64,000 nucleotides of DNA from Verrucomicrobiota bacterium (GCA_039818205.1 JBCBUK010000008.1:128001-192000); one strand, 5' to 3'. Positions 18,797 to 29,314 are shown, numbered from the stretch's first letter. Made by a program: numbers and translations. The notes: generated by a model from the letters alone, not told the origin.

Positions 18797-19888
18797 ATGG
18801 CAGTTGAACGACATCCTACTGAATGGACTCCGGGTGATGATCACCATGGGGCATTCAATACTGAAGTCATGTCAGGGATCTCTTCACCCCAAACGACCAA
18901 AGCGCACTCAAAGCGTCGTAAAAAGCTCTCCGCAGACGAGGCAGTTGACGGCGTTCTATCGGGTAACCGAACAATCTTAGCCCGCGCAATCACTCTCGTA
19001 GAAAGCAGAAATGAACAGGACCAGAAAACAGCACGCGAGGTTCTCCGTCGTTGCCTTCCGCACGCCGGGAAAGCAAAACGCGTAGGAATCACGGGAACGC
19101 CGGGAGCCGGGAAAAGTACCTTTATCGAATACCTCGGGTTGCAACTTTGCAATGCAAACCAACGTGTAGCAGTTCTCGCAGTCGATCCGACCAGCTCTCG
19201 CAGTGGCGGTAGTGTTCTCGGGGACAAGACGCGCATGGAGGAATTGACACGGCATGAGAATGCGTTCATCCGCCCTTCCCCCTCGGGCGGTACGTTAGGA
19301 GGAGTTGCCGCAAAATCCCGCGAAGCTATGCTGCTGTGTGAAGCGGCCGGCTACGCTGTTATCCTGATCGAGACCGTTGGCGTCGGCCAAAGCGAGATTG
19401 CCGTCCGCTCAATGGTAGACTTTTTTCTACTCTTACAAATTGCTGGTGGTGGAGATGAGCTCCAAGGCATAAAAAAAGGCGTCATCGAAATGGCCGATGC
19501 AATCGCCGTCAACAAAGCTGATGGCGACAATTTGCGGAAGGCTAAAATGGCCTGCGTTGAGTATAAACGCGTCTTGCACTATTTATCTCCATTTACGCCG
19601 GACTGGACTCCGACAGCACTAACCTGCTCCGCACAAACGGGCGAGGGAGTGGAGGAGATTTGGCAAATGGTATCCGACTTTTGCGCTATACTTGAAAAAA
19701 ATGGCGCCTTAGACCAGATTCGCTCACAACAGAATCGCCAATGGCTGCATAGTTTGCTCAAAGAAGCGGTGTTGCAAAAATTCTTCTCGCAGCCCTCGGT
19801 TTGCCAGAATCTACCTGTCATCGAGCAGCAGGTCGAGCGAGGCGAGTTGCCTGTTGTTGAGGCGGTTGAAAAGGTTTTGTCTCTTTAA
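18797..19888 (+). CDS. meaB: Methylmalonyl-CoA mutase-associated GTPase MeaB
   Basis: GITGTPGAGKST, AVDPTS..SGGSVLGDKTRM, ETVGVGQSE, GDELQGIKKG and NKAD motifs. Confidence 0.97.
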   Translation: MAVERHPTEWTPGDDHHGAFNTEVMSGISSPQTTKAHSKRRKKLSADEAVDGVLSGNRTILARAITLVESRNEQDQKTAREVLRRCLPHAGKAKRVGITGTPGAGKSTFIEYLGLQLCNANQRVAVLAVDPTSSRSGGSVLGDKTRMEELTRHENAFIRPSPSGGTLGGVAAKSREAMLLCEAAGYAVILIETVGVGQSEIAVRSMVDFFLLLQIAGGGDELQGIKKGVIEMADAIAVNKADGDNLRKAKMACVEYKRVLHYLSPFTPDWTPTALTCSAQTGEGVEEIWQMVSDFCAILEKNGALDQIRSQQNRQWLHSLLKEAVLQKFFSQPSVCQNLPVIEQQVERGELPVVEAVEKVLSL

Positions 19889-19927
19889 GCACTAACGTGT
19901 TAGTGTCTGGCTGAAACTTATCCAGCC

Positions 19928-20266
19928 ATGATTCATTCAGACTATCAACCCAACTATCGGCCCCAAGCGACATCACTTGGAGCCAACACTAATAACCAAG
20001 CTGATATCCGGAAATTGGAAAATGAAGTCGACCGTCTATCGATCATTTGCGAGGCACTTTGGGAGTTCATTCGAGAACGCCACGGCCTACAAGAGATTGA
20101 TCTGATTGAGAAAATGACCCAAATAGACCTACAGGATGGACACCTTGATGGCAAGAAGCGCAAGGAAGATGGACCGCGGGTGTGCAAGCGTTGCGAACGC
20201 ACCATGCTTACTGACCGGCCGGTGTGTCTCTACTGCGGCGAGGTTTCGCTTCAGAACCCTTTTTAG
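19928..20266 (+). CDS. Hypothetical protein with coiled coil and C-terminal CxxC...CxxC zinc ribbon
   Basis: CKRC...CLYCG; IDLQDGHLDGK motif. Confidence 0.75.
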   Translation: MIHSDYQPNYRPQATSLGANTNNQADIRKLENEVDRLSIICEALWEFIRERHGLQEIDLIEKMTQIDLQDGHLDGKKRKEDGPRVCKRCERTMLTDRPVCLYCGEVSLQNPF

Positions 20267-20358
20267 CCGGTTTGGGCTGGACGGTGCCTGATCGATCCAT
20301 ATTCGATAAAGGACGCTCTACAAGAAAGACTACTGTTCCAGACACCAATTCGTTGCCC

Positions 20359-22773
20359 ATGGTTCAACCGAAATCCCTCTTCCGGCCTACCGTCACTGCG
20401 TTCGTGACGGTGTTTCTTTTATTGCTTAGTTTAGCGGCAATTCGTGCACAAACCATCACTGACATCATCTTGGTCAACGCTGATACGGATTCAGATATCG
20501 AAGCCCTTTCGAACGGATTTGTAATCAATTTGGCAGAAATCGGTGATCAAATCAACTTACGAGCAGATGTCACGACCGAGCCTGGAAGTATTTCTTTTGC
20601 GCTCTCGGGAGCAGAATATTTCGAAAACACGGAGAACCGGTTTCCATTTGCGCTCAAGGGCGATGCGTCGGGAGATTATCTGGTTTGGCGCCCGTCAACG
20701 GGTGACTATACGGTTACCATTGAAGCGTTTTCATTGGAGGAAGGCGGCGGCGAGATGCTCGATAGCCGCACAATTTCGTTCTCAATAATTAACCAAACAA
20801 CAACGCCTTTTGTCCTTCTGGTGGACAAGGGAGTCGGCTCCGGAGACTATCGCGTCGGCTCAGAGGTCATCATTGCTGCTAGTCCAGCGCCCGAAGGCCA
20901 CAAGTTTCGCCGTTGGGAAGGTGACGTCGACGGGATAAAGAATGTGTGGCACTCGAAGACGACGTTATTGATGCCCGAAAAGGATATCGCGATCAAGGCC
21001 ACCTATCGGAAGATTCCGGGAACCGTTGAGGTCAGCGGAGTTCTCGAACAGTGGCATAAAGTTACCGTCGACCTCATCGGCCCAGAATCGTCCGAATCGG
21101 CTTCTCCGAACCCGTTTATGGACTTCCGTTACCAGGTGCTTTTTACCGGCCCAAGTGGCCAACAGTTTGATGTGCCTGGTTTTTTCGCAGGAAACGGAAT
21201 AGGAGGTGCACAAGGCGATGTTTGGCGGGCCTTTTTTAGCCCAAACGAAAGTGGTGAGTGGCAGTACCAGATCAGCTTCCGAAAGGGCCCAGAAGTCGCG
21301 ATTGCTTTGGATGCCGAGGCGGGCGAAGCAGTTGAGCCATTCGACGCGATTGAGGGAACGTTTTCGGTCGAAAAGTCATCCGCAGAAGCACCTGATTTTC
21401 GCGCATCGGAACGCGGTTTACTCATCAATCGCGGCGGCCACTACCTCACGTTTTCCAATGGTGTACCTTTCTTTTATGCGGGTACGGGAATTCCTGAAAA
21501 CATTCTGGGCTATCGCGGTTTTGACAACACTACTTTGGGCATCGGGCACGAGTTTAAAGTCCATGAGAAAGACTACCGGGAAGGCGACCCAGATTGGACC
21601 AACGATACCGGAGAAAACGGCAAGGCGCTTATTGGAGCGATCAACTACCTTAGCGAACAAGGGAACAACACGCTCTATTTTTTGCCGATGAATCTCGGTG
21701 GCGATGGCAAGGATACCTTTCCAATGATCTCTCCAACCGAAAAGACGCGCTACGACCTTTCGAAACTCGCGCAATGGGAGATCTTCTTCGATTACGCGCA
21801 ATCGAAAGGCCAGTTTCTCAACGTATTGCTCGCTGAAACAGAACATGAAAACGAGTATTTTTGGGATAACGGCGAAAAGAATCTAGGTCCCGAGCGGCGG
21901 TTATTCTACCGCATGGTAAACGCATTGATGGGCCATCACAACGGAATCAAGTATGTCATTTCCGAAGAGGTCAGTTACCCGAAGGATTTGCGGGACGAAT
22001 ACATGGCCTTCTTGAAGGAACCAACAATCAACCCCTACGATCACCCAGTCACCTTCCATACCGGAAATGAAACGAATCCGCATTCATACCTGGAACACCT
22101 GGGGAATCAACATCTAGACACCACCTCGACGCAGGCTAATTACAACGACGAACGGATGTTTGATTATGTGCAAGAACTCCGGGCCAAAAGCGCAAAAGCG
22201 GGTGAGCCTTGGGTGGCCCATTTTGATGAACCTCAGAAAATCGAGAACGATAACGAAGACTACAAGCACGGCTACCCGCTTGGTCGGAGGAGTAAAATGT
22301 GGCCATTCTTCATGGGCGGTGGCAGTGGGTTTTCCTGGTATATTCAAAAGGATGGCGGCGGGCACGGCTTCGATCAAAGAATCGAAGACTTCACGATAAT
22401 GAAGAATGCACTTAACTGGAGCCGAATCGCTCGAAACTTCTTCGAGTCATTGCCAGTCCAGAAGATGCAGGCGAGCAAGTCGCTCGCAACCTCGTCGAAG
22501 GGTGGAACCACCCTCGCATTTTTCCAACCGGGCGAAATCTACACCGTGTACAATACTGCGAATGGCGGACCGCTAGAAATTGATTTACAGGGGGTCGATG
22601 GAGAATTTTCAGTCGAATGGTTCAATCCGCGAACCGGTGATTATTTAGCTGGTGATGTTGCCCAGGTAGCCGGCGGCAAAACGACCCCGCTCGGCAGTGC
22701 TCCCAAAGAAAAGGATCAAGATTGGGCAGTTGTCCTAAAACGGCTTTCGCCAGCAACGGAGTCGAAGAAGTAA
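20359..22773 (+). CDS. Secreted modular DUF5060-domain protein, putative glycoside hydrolase, with C-terminal collagen-binding-like domain
   Basis: Signal peptide from ATG 20359; QWHKVTVD...NPFMDFR...VPGFFAGNG...WRAFFSP..SGEWQY (DUF5060-like); EWFNPRTG...DQDWAVVL C-terminus. Confidence 0.75.
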   Translation: MVQPKSLFRPTVTAFVTVFLLLLSLAAIRAQTITDIILVNADTDSDIEALSNGFVINLAEIGDQINLRADVTTEPGSISFALSGAEYFENTENRFPFALKGDASGDYLVWRPSTGDYTVTIEAFSLEEGGGEMLDSRTISFSIINQTTTPFVLLVDKGVGSGDYRVGSEVIIAASPAPEGHKFRRWEGDVDGIKNVWHSKTTLLMPEKDIAIKATYRKIPGTVEVSGVLEQWHKVTVDLIGPESSESASPNPFMDFRYQVLFTGPSGQQFDVPGFFAGNGIGGAQGDVWRAFFSPNESGEWQYQISFRKGPEVAIALDAEAGEAVEPFDAIEGTFSVEKSSAEAPDFRASERGLLINRGGHYLTFSNGVPFFYAGTGIPENILGYRGFDNTTLGIGHEFKVHEKDYREGDPDWTNDTGENGKALIGAINYLSEQGNNTLYFLPMNLGGDGKDTFPMISPTEKTRYDLSKLAQWEIFFDYAQSKGQFLNVLLAETEHENEYFWDNGEKNLGPERRLFYRMVNALMGHHNGIKYVISEEVSYPKDLRDEYMAFLKEPTINPYDHPVTFHTGNETNPHSYLEHLGNQHLDTTSTQANYNDERMFDYVQELRAKSAKAGEPWVAHFDEPQKIENDNEDYKHGYPLGRRSKMWPFFMGGGSGFSWYIQKDGGGHGFDQRIEDFTIMKNALNWSRIARNFFESLPVQKMQASKSLATSSKGGTTLAFFQPGEIYTVYNTANGGPLEIDLQGVDGEFSVEWFNPRTGDYLAGDVAQVAGGKTTPLGSAPKEKDQDWAVVLKRLSPATESKK

Positions 22774-22815
22774 GATTTCCCCACTTGCCTTCCACCCAAT
22801 TGGACGGCTCCACCA

Positions 22816-23718
22816 ATGAGTTCTCCAACTTCTGCATCGATCAAATCGACCTTGGCCATTACACTGATCTTGTGGTTGCTATCGCCAAGCTTCTACTGGT
22901 TGTGGGCGGACGCGACTCCTATTGGTAGCTCGTTTTTGCCTCCACTTAGTATTGGCCAACGAATCCTTCTAGCTCCCCACCTGGTTATGGAGCAAATGGG
23001 CTACTGGCTTTGGCCATTTGGGCGGGAGCCATTGATTCTCTCATTTCGGCCCGAGGCGGTAATGCGCTTGGGGCTATTCTATTGGTTGGTTGTTGTATTG
23101 GTATTACGCCTTGCTTGGCGCTTAAAAAAAATCGACCCGGCTATTACGTGGGGAATCGTATGCGCACTCATCAGCTTAATTCCCTTCAGTGGATTGATTC
23201 CACACTGGGTAATGGCTTTTGATACATTTCCGATTCTTTTCGCTGGTCTCGGGTTGTCGTTTGGCTTTGGCGCGGTAATCGCCCGGGCACTAGCAATCTG
23301 GAGGCAGCCAACTGATCCACGTGATCCCCGAGGCAGAGTTCGTCGCCAACTTTGGTGCTTTGCTAGTTTAGTAATTGGGATCTGGTCCCTCGCTCTTGCC
23401 GGAAATCTGGTTGTGCAAGCCACTCAAACGTGGCCAGAGCGGCTTGCGAAACTCCAATCAGCGAACGCGAATGACGTCGTCGTAGCCGTTGAGAGCGCAC
23501 GCCAACTCGCACTGAACGGAAAAGATGATGACGCTGAGTCGCTGATAGTTCGATGCGGACAGGCTATGCCATGGTATCCCGAAATTCCGATTGTGAAGGC
23601 CAATATACTGCTTATGCGCGGACACTCCGAGGATGCAATTATCCAGCTAAACCGGGCACTTGAACTGCACCCCGATCACGCCAAAGCAATCCAGCTACTA
23701 GAATCAGACTCCAATTAG
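22816..23718 (+). CDS. Membrane protein with C-terminal TPR-like repeats
   Basis: Several TM helices followed by EDAIIQLNRALELHPDHAKA, a TPR signature. Confidence 0.65.
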   Translation: MSSPTSASIKSTLAITLILWLLSPSFYWLWADATPIGSSFLPPLSIGQRILLAPHLVMEQMGYWLWPFGREPLILSFRPEAVMRLGLFYWLVVVLVLRLAWRLKKIDPAITWGIVCALISLIPFSGLIPHWVMAFDTFPILFAGLGLSFGFGAVIARALAIWRQPTDPRDPRGRVRRQLWCFASLVIGIWSLALAGNLVVQATQTWPERLAKLQSANANDVVVAVESARQLALNGKDDDAESLIVRCGQAMPWYPEIPIVKANILLMRGHSEDAIIQLNRALELHPDHAKAIQLLESDSN

Positions 23719-24441
23719 CTAGCGTTGGCACTCGACTCGGAAGAAGGTCCAAGACGCAACGACGCCTCGCATACCAACACGATATCTTTCGTCATATTCG
23801 CGAATGATTCTCCGCAATGCTCCCGCGGAAAGGGTTCCTCGTCTAACGGCTCCTATTCCGTGCAGACTACGCAACAATGCTAGAGCATCCGGATAAAAAA
23901 ACTCTCGTTTAATTGACTCCGAACGAACGACCAGAAGGCCAGCCTCTTCAATCGAATTGATCCATACGGCTGGGTCATACCACTGCAATGGGCTGACATC
24001 GTCATCCAAGAACTCGTAGAGCTCAGGAAGGCTGGGATTCACGTAGAAACCGTGAAGCATTCTTCCACGGCTTCGTAACTGCAGCTTCCAATTTTTTATC
24101 GTGTCATAGGGGTCGGGACTCCACTGCGCCAAACTGGACGACATGAGTGTATCACAGCATCCAATAGATGGATCGTGCTTCCACGCATTCCCCACTTGCC
24201 AATTGATATTCGGCAAACTTTTTTGTCCGAGACCGACCATGCGCTCGGCGATATCAACTGCCGTGTAAGAATCGAAGTGTGGCCAGGCCTGACGGGTAAA
24301 CATGCCTTCGCCTGGACCAAACTCAAGTGCGTCACCACACTTATCCGGTAGCCATTCGGCTAGCCAGTTAGCCATCTCCCGTTGGACGCCAGCATGCTTC
24401 ACATAGCGTTCCGCACAATCGTTAAACCGCAACACAAGCAA
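23719..24441 (-). CDS. bioC: Malonyl-ACP O-methyltransferase BioC-like
   Basis: RF..AERY..HAGVQREMA, LEFGPGEG SAM motif, SSSLAQW and LLRSLHGIGA; last gene of the bio operon. Confidence 0.8.
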   Translation of the reverse strand: MLVLRFNDCAERYVKHAGVQREMANWLAEWLPDKCGDALEFGPGEGMFTRQAWPHFDSYTAVDIAERMVGLGQKSLPNINWQVGNAWKHDPSIGCCDTLMSSSLAQWSPDPYDTIKNWKLQLRSRGRMLHGFYVNPSLPELYEFLDDDVSPLQWYDPAVWINSIEEAGLLVVRSESIKREFFYPDALALLRSLHGIGAVRRGTLSAGALRRIIREYDERYRVGMRGVVASWTFFRVECQR

Positions 24442-25045
24442 CCTCCTTTACCAAATCGCGCAAATCATGGCCAACGCCAGTGACCACTTTAGTTTTCGCC
24501 CATTGGTTCTCAATAAACCGAGCGTCGGTCACCGCATCCTGTTCCCCGATTATCATCGAGATGTCCGCAGTTTCCGCCGGGACTTCGACTGGCTCGTCGT
24601 CCAACTGTTTGATTCCCCAAACTAACTGCTCGACGCTGCAAGGAAGTTCCATGTCGGAATCCATCGGAGGAATTCCGACTTGCTTCCGAAAATCAGAGAG
24701 TGCCGCACGTGGATCTCGCTGCAACCAGCGAACCAATACTTTCAGACGACGCCCGTCAAACCGACCTCCAAGATTTTCTTCCGCCTTAAAACTGACGATT
24801 GGCGAAAATAATACTGTTGGAATGTCGGGCAACTTTTCCAAATCACGAAGGATCAAAAACGACCCCAAGGAATAGCCCAGTAAACGTCTAATTGGTTGCG
24901 TTGCAACGACCCTATGGAGCTCATCAAGCCATTCAGGGCCAGGACAAATAACGAAATGCTGCACACCGGGAACCTGTTCATTCACCAGGTTCTGAATCTC
25001 TTCTTTAGAGAATCCCCAGCCGCCTATCCAAAGCCAAGCCGTCAT
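24422..25045 (-). CDS. Alpha/beta hydrolase, probable pimeloyl-ACP methyl ester esterase (BioH-equivalent)
   Basis: GGWG oxyanion region, GYSLG nucleophile elbow, GEQD Asp and GVGH His; sits between bioF and bioC. Confidence 0.7.
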   Translation of the reverse strand: MTAWLWIGGWGFSKEEIQNLVNEQVPGVQHFVICPGPEWLDELHRVVATQPIRRLLGYSLGSFLILRDLEKLPDIPTVLFSPIVSFKAEENLGGRFDGRRLKVLVRWLQRDPRAALSDFRKQVGIPPMDSDMELPCSVEQLVWGIKQLDDEPVEVPAETADISMIIGEQDAVTDARFIENQWAKTKVVTGVGHDLRDLVKEVACVAV

Positions 25046-26181
25046 TGCCTAACCTCCTGCAAGCTCGCGACCAAACCGTCGATTTGATCATCACTCAGCC
25101 CCATGTTAAGAGATATTCGTAGGCGGCTACTACCGGCTGGTACCGTTGGCGGGCGGATCGCACCAACTACGAAACCACGATCGCGCAGTAACCCTGCGAT
25201 TTTCATCGTTTCACGGTTGTCGCCAATTTCCACTGGGATGATCGGAGAGTCACCTGCTTGAGCACCAGCGATTCGACGCCTCAACGAACGCGATCTTTCT
25301 TGCCAACGCAGCCGATCAGGTTCCATTGATTCGACGAGGTCAACTGCAGCTCGGGCGCCAGCAGCACAAGCGGGAGCTAAATAGGTCGAGTAGATAAACT
25401 CGCCTGAAAAGTTGATGAAAAAATCGCGATAACATGCTTTGCGAAACAAAGTGAAAGCTCCCATCGAGCCAAGCCCCTTGCCTAGCGTCCCGACAAAAAC
25501 ATCAACGTGCTTTCCGATACCAACGGACTCGACCAGGCCACTACCGCGTTTCCCATACCAACCAATCGCATGGGCTTCGTCGACGATCCAGATGAAACCA
25601 AAGCGCTCCTTGAGTTCTGCGATTCGCTCGAGATTCGGATAGTCGCCATCCATCGAGAAAACACTTTCAGTAACAACAAAAACAGCGCGATCGGGTGATG
25701 CTTTTTCGAGCAGGGACTCAAGGTGATCGCAATCTAGATGACGATACCGCTGGAGTCGGGCCCCAGATCGTAGCAAACCGCTGATCATGCTTTGGTGAAT
25801 TAAGCGATCCGCTAGGACGAGATCGCCCTTTTCGGGCAGCTGACTGAGAACCGCCTGGTTCGCGGCATAGCCGGAGTTCCACACTAACCCGAACGGAAAT
25901 CCCGCCCATTCACAAAGGCGCAATTCCAATGCAGAATGCTCCGAGGTGTAGCCCGAAATCAAGGGCGACGCAGATGCTGAAACACCCCATTCCTCAGTTG
26001 CGCGTTTGGCAGCTTGCAATACTTGAGGGTGAGACGCGATTCTGAGGTAGTCATTGTTTGAGAGATCAATCAACCCAGAATCCGCTACTCGCGGGCTCAG
26101 TGAACGCAGAGTGCCATCCTGCTGGCGTCGCTCCAGCGCGGACTTAATCCGGTCATCAATCTGATTGCTTAGTTCAACCAC
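25042..26181 (-). CDS. bioF: 8-amino-7-oxononanoate synthase
   Basis: NNDYL, SGYAAN, ESVFSMDGD, DEAHA, GTLGKGLG and AIRPPTVP motifs. Start uncertain: GTG 26181 preferred over the track start at 26232. Confidence 0.93.
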   Translation of the reverse strand: MVELSNQIDDRIKSALERRQQDGTLRSLSPRVADSGLIDLSNNDYLRIASHPQVLQAAKRATEEWGVSASASPLISGYTSEHSALELRLCEWAGFPFGLVWNSGYAANQAVLSQLPEKGDLVLADRLIHQSMISGLLRSGARLQRYRHLDCDHLESLLEKASPDRAVFVVTESVFSMDGDYPNLERIAELKERFGFIWIVDEAHAIGWYGKRGSGLVESVGIGKHVDVFVGTLGKGLGSMGAFTLFRKACYRDFFINFSGEFIYSTYLAPACAAGARAAVDLVESMEPDRLRWQERSRSLRRRIAGAQAGDSPIIPVEIGDNRETMKIAGLLRDRGFVVGAIRPPTVPAGSSRLRISLNMGLSDDQIDGLVASLQEVRQ

Positions 26182-26837
26182 GACGCCTCCACGATCTCGG
26201 GTTGGAGTGATTGATAGCTCTGGCATCCCCACAATGGGAAATCAAGCGTGGCAAGCGTTTTACGATTAACGGAAAGAACATCTTCCGGTGTTGAATCCAC
26301 AACTTGATTCAGCCACCAACCAGCATTCAGGCTCCGCGTCGTTGAGAACTCAGCGAGCAAGCGGGCCTGATTGATCGCGCCGAGGCGATCGTCGACGACG
26401 AGGCAAACATAAGTCGCGTCGATCGCTTGAGCGAAGTCTCCCCAGTCACGAGGAGATCTCGAGTTCTCTAAGGGCACGGCAACGCCACCCGCACCTTCCA
26501 CCAACTTCCAATCGGCCGGAGGAAGTTCGCGAAACAGGTCGACAGCGGTTTCAAACGATAACGCCTCGCCATCGAACTCAGCTGCTTGAACCGGAGCCAT
26601 CGGCCGTCGGTAACGCAACAGGCGATGGAAGCTTATTCCATCAATATTGCTACCATGCTCTACCAATTGATTCTCAATCCACTCAGTGTCACCAGCTTCC
26701 GATTCCTCAATGCCCGTTTCGACGACCTTTACGACCTGAATAGTTGCGGCCTTTTCGAGTAAAAGGCGCGCAAGGGTCGCCGTGACCCAGGTCTTACCGG
26801 ATCCGGTATCGTTTGCGGATATGAAAACAGTCGGCAT
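26169..26837 (-). CDS. bioD: Dethiobiotin synthase
   Basis: FISANDTGSGKT, VEGAGGVAVP and RLGAINQ motifs. Confidence 0.93.
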   Translation of the reverse strand: MPTVFISANDTGSGKTWVTATLARLLLEKAATIQVVKVVETGIEESEAGDTEWIENQLVEHGSNIDGISFHRLLRYRRPMAPVQAAEFDGEALSFETAVDLFRELPPADWKLVEGAGGVAVPLENSRSPRDWGDFAQAIDATYVCLVVDDRLGAINQARLLAEFSTTRSLNAGWWLNQVVDSTPEDVLSVNRKTLATLDFPLWGCQSYQSLQPEIVEASWLN

Positions 26838-26843
26838 TTGTTG

Positions 26844-27914
26844 CTAGGCCTTTGTTGCGGGCTCGTGATCGTGGTCACATTCACCACCACACGCGTGAGC
26901 CCAGTAGCCTTCGCCCTCGGCTAGGTGTTCTGTAAAGGGATCTTCTTGGCCGTCGGCCGCAGCGTGAATCGCACGCGCGTCATCGGGATCAAGGGAATGT
27001 AGACCCAATCGATCCAAGAGCTTCCGGTCATCCGATTGACTTGGGTTCTCAGTCGTCAACAGCTTGTCACCAAGGAAGATGCTATTGGCTCCCGCTAGGT
27101 AACAAAGCGTTTGTAGTTCATCATTCATTTGGGTGCGTCCAGCAGAAAGGCGAACCATCGCTTTCGGCATAATGATACGGGCGGTCGCAATCGTCCGAAC
27201 AAACTCAATGCTATCGACAAACTCCTGTCCTTCCAAAGGCGTACCCTCGACGGCAACAAGTGCGTTGATCGGAACCGAATCCGGTTGTGGGTCCATGTCG
27301 GCCAACTCCTTGAGCATCATGAGGCGGTCGTCAATACTCTCTCCCATCCCAAGAATCCCGCCGCTGCAAACTTCCATTCCTGCGGCGCGCACATTGGCGA
27401 TCGTTTCCAGGCGGTCGTCATAGGTCCGGGTCGTAATAATCTTTGAATAATACTCACGCGAGGTGTCTAGGTTGTGGTTATAGACGTCACAACCCGCTTC
27501 TTTCAGCCGTTTCGCTTGATCCGCATCCAGCATACCCAACGTGCAGCAAACCTCGAGGCCCATATCTTTAACGCCGCTAACGGTTTCGATGATATTTTCG
27601 AACTGCGCATTATCGTAAACTCGACGCCATGCAGCCCCCATACAGAATCGCGTGGCACCACCAGTCTTCGCCGCTAACGCATCGCGGAGAATGACCGGCG
27701 TATTCATGAGTTTCTCCGGCTCGACAAACGTCTTATTGTGGGCTGATTGCGGGCAATAAGCACAGTCTTCCGGGCAGCGACCCGTCTTGATCGACTTCAA
27801 CGTGCAGAGCTGGACCCCTGCCGGATCTTGAAACTTTTGGTGGACCTGCTGAGCTCGAAAAATGAGCGTGGTCATTGGCTGGTTATAGATCTCGCGTATT
27901 TCTTCTAGTGTCAT
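26844..27914 (-). CDS. bioB: Biotin synthase
   Basis: [11 protein letters not shown] radical SAM motif, [14 protein letters not shown] and RLSAGR. Confidence 0.97.
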   Translation of the reverse strand: MTLEEIREIYNQPMTTLIFRAQQVHQKFQDPAGVQLCTLKSIKTGRCPEDCAYCPQSAHNKTFVEPEKLMNTPVILRDALAAKTGGATRFCMGAAWRRVYDNAQFENIIETVSGVKDMGLEVCCTLGMLDADQAKRLKEAGCDVYNHNLDTSREYYSKIITTRTYDDRLETIANVRAAGMEVCSGGILGMGESIDDRLMMLKELADMDPQPDSVPINALVAVEGTPLEGQEFVDSIEFVRTIATARIIMPKAMVRLSAGRTQMNDELQTLCYLAGANSIFLGDKLLTTENPSQSDDRKLLDRLGLHSLDPDDARAIHAAADGQEDPFTEHLAEGEGYWAHACGGECDHDHEPATKA

Positions 27915-27943
27915 GACATGCGTTTGGTTGAGTAGTGTATTTT

Positions 27944-29314
27944 TTAAATATATGCTTTGTCTCGCAAAGTGGCCAGCAATCCCTGTTCGAGGAATTCAAG
28001 TTCATCGGGCGAAATGATATGGGGCGGAACAATCAACAAGCTATCCCCAAGGGGCCGCAGCAGGATTCCACGTTCGCGCAGCGCAATACAAAAGTGCATC
28101 CCACGGCGCTTATTCGAATCTCCTTCGGGAAGGTCGATTGCGCCCGTCAGGCCACGTTGCCGCAAAGAAAATGAATCGGGCAAGGCGGACTGCATCCGAC
28201 TAAAAAAAGCTCCAAAATGCTCGATTGTTTGAGCCAATTGCCGGGATGCGATCATCCGCTCAAGTTTTTCGATGCTTTTCAGCGCCACCGAACATCCCAA
28301 GGGATTTCCGGTAAATGTATGACCGTGAAAAAATGCACGATACTCGCCAAACTCCCCAAGGAACGCCTGATAAATACGCTCGCTCGTAACGGTTGCCGCC
28401 AGGGGGAGGTAGCCGGCGGTTAACCCCTTCGCCAGACAATAAAAATCGGCAGACACATCTTCTTCGCGCCCAACCAACATCGGGCCACAACGGCCAAATC
28501 CAACGAATACCTCGTCCAGAATCAGATGGATGCCATGCGCTTTGCACCGCTTCTCCAGTTCCTTCAGAAACCCCTTCGGCATCAATCGCATCCCCCCTGC
28601 CCCTTGAACCCAAGGTTCCACGATAATCGAGGCGACGGTCTCACCATGCTCACGTAAGATATCGTCAAGCGCAGCAAGCGAACTCGCGCTATCTTCAAAG
28701 GAAACCTTGCCATTGACCTCTTCGCAACGGGGTGCGGGGATCCGTTCGACAGGAAATTGCCATTTGCTGAATCGCTCATGGAACACACCGCAATCGCCAA
28801 CGGACATCGTTCCAAAAGTGTCGCCATGGTAGGCGTTGCTCAACCCGATCACCCGGGTTCTCTGGGACTCACCGATCAACTGGAAATACTGAAACGATAG
28901 CTTGAGCGCGATCTCGACGGCATTGGATCCATTATCCGAATAAAACACCCGATCCAAACCGGAAATGTCACATAAGGTCTGGGCTAACATCGCTCCTGGT
29001 TTGTGCCCTAAACCAAGGTAAGTGCTGTGAGCGACTCTAGTTAATTGGTCCCTGATTACTTGATCGATTTCAGGATCTTGGTGCCCATGAACATTGGTCC
29101 AAATCGAGGCATTCGCATCAAGGTATCGCTTCCCATCGCGATCAAACAACCAACTCCCTTTTCCGCTTTCAATCTGGACCCTCGGGAGCGAAAGGTATTC
29201 CTGCATTTGCGTAAATGGATGCCAGGTGTGCATAGAATCCATCTGATCGGCGGACTCCCGTGACCTCCGGTCTAAGGTCTGCTTGGATTCTACAACTGGT
29301 TCATTTGAAAGCAT
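27944..29314 (-). CDS. bioA: Adenosylmethionine-8-amino-7-oxononanoate aminotransferase
   Basis: [43 protein letters not shown] and [11 protein letters not shown]. Start probably ATG 29314 or 29335, because the track start overlaps the operator. Confidence 0.95.
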   Translation of the reverse strand: MLSNEPVVESKQTLDRRSRESADQMDSMHTWHPFTQMQEYLSLPRVQIESGKGSWLFDRDGKRYLDANASIWTNVHGHQDPEIDQVIRDQLTRVAHSTYLGLGHKPGAMLAQTLCDISGLDRVFYSDNGSNAVEIALKLSFQYFQLIGESQRTRVIGLSNAYHGDTFGTMSVGDCGVFHERFSKWQFPVERIPAPRCEEVNGKVSFEDSASSLAALDDILREHGETVASIIVEPWVQGAGGMRLMPKGFLKELEKRCKAHGIHLILDEVFVGFGRCGPMLVGREEDVSADFYCLAKGLTAGYLPLAATVTSERIYQAFLGEFGEYRAFFHGHTFTGNPLGCSVALKSIEKLERMIASRQLAQTIEHFGAFFSRMQSALPDSFSLRQRGLTGAIDLPEGDSNKRRGMHFCIALRERGILLRPLGDSLLIVPPHIISPDELEFLEQGLLATLRDKAYI

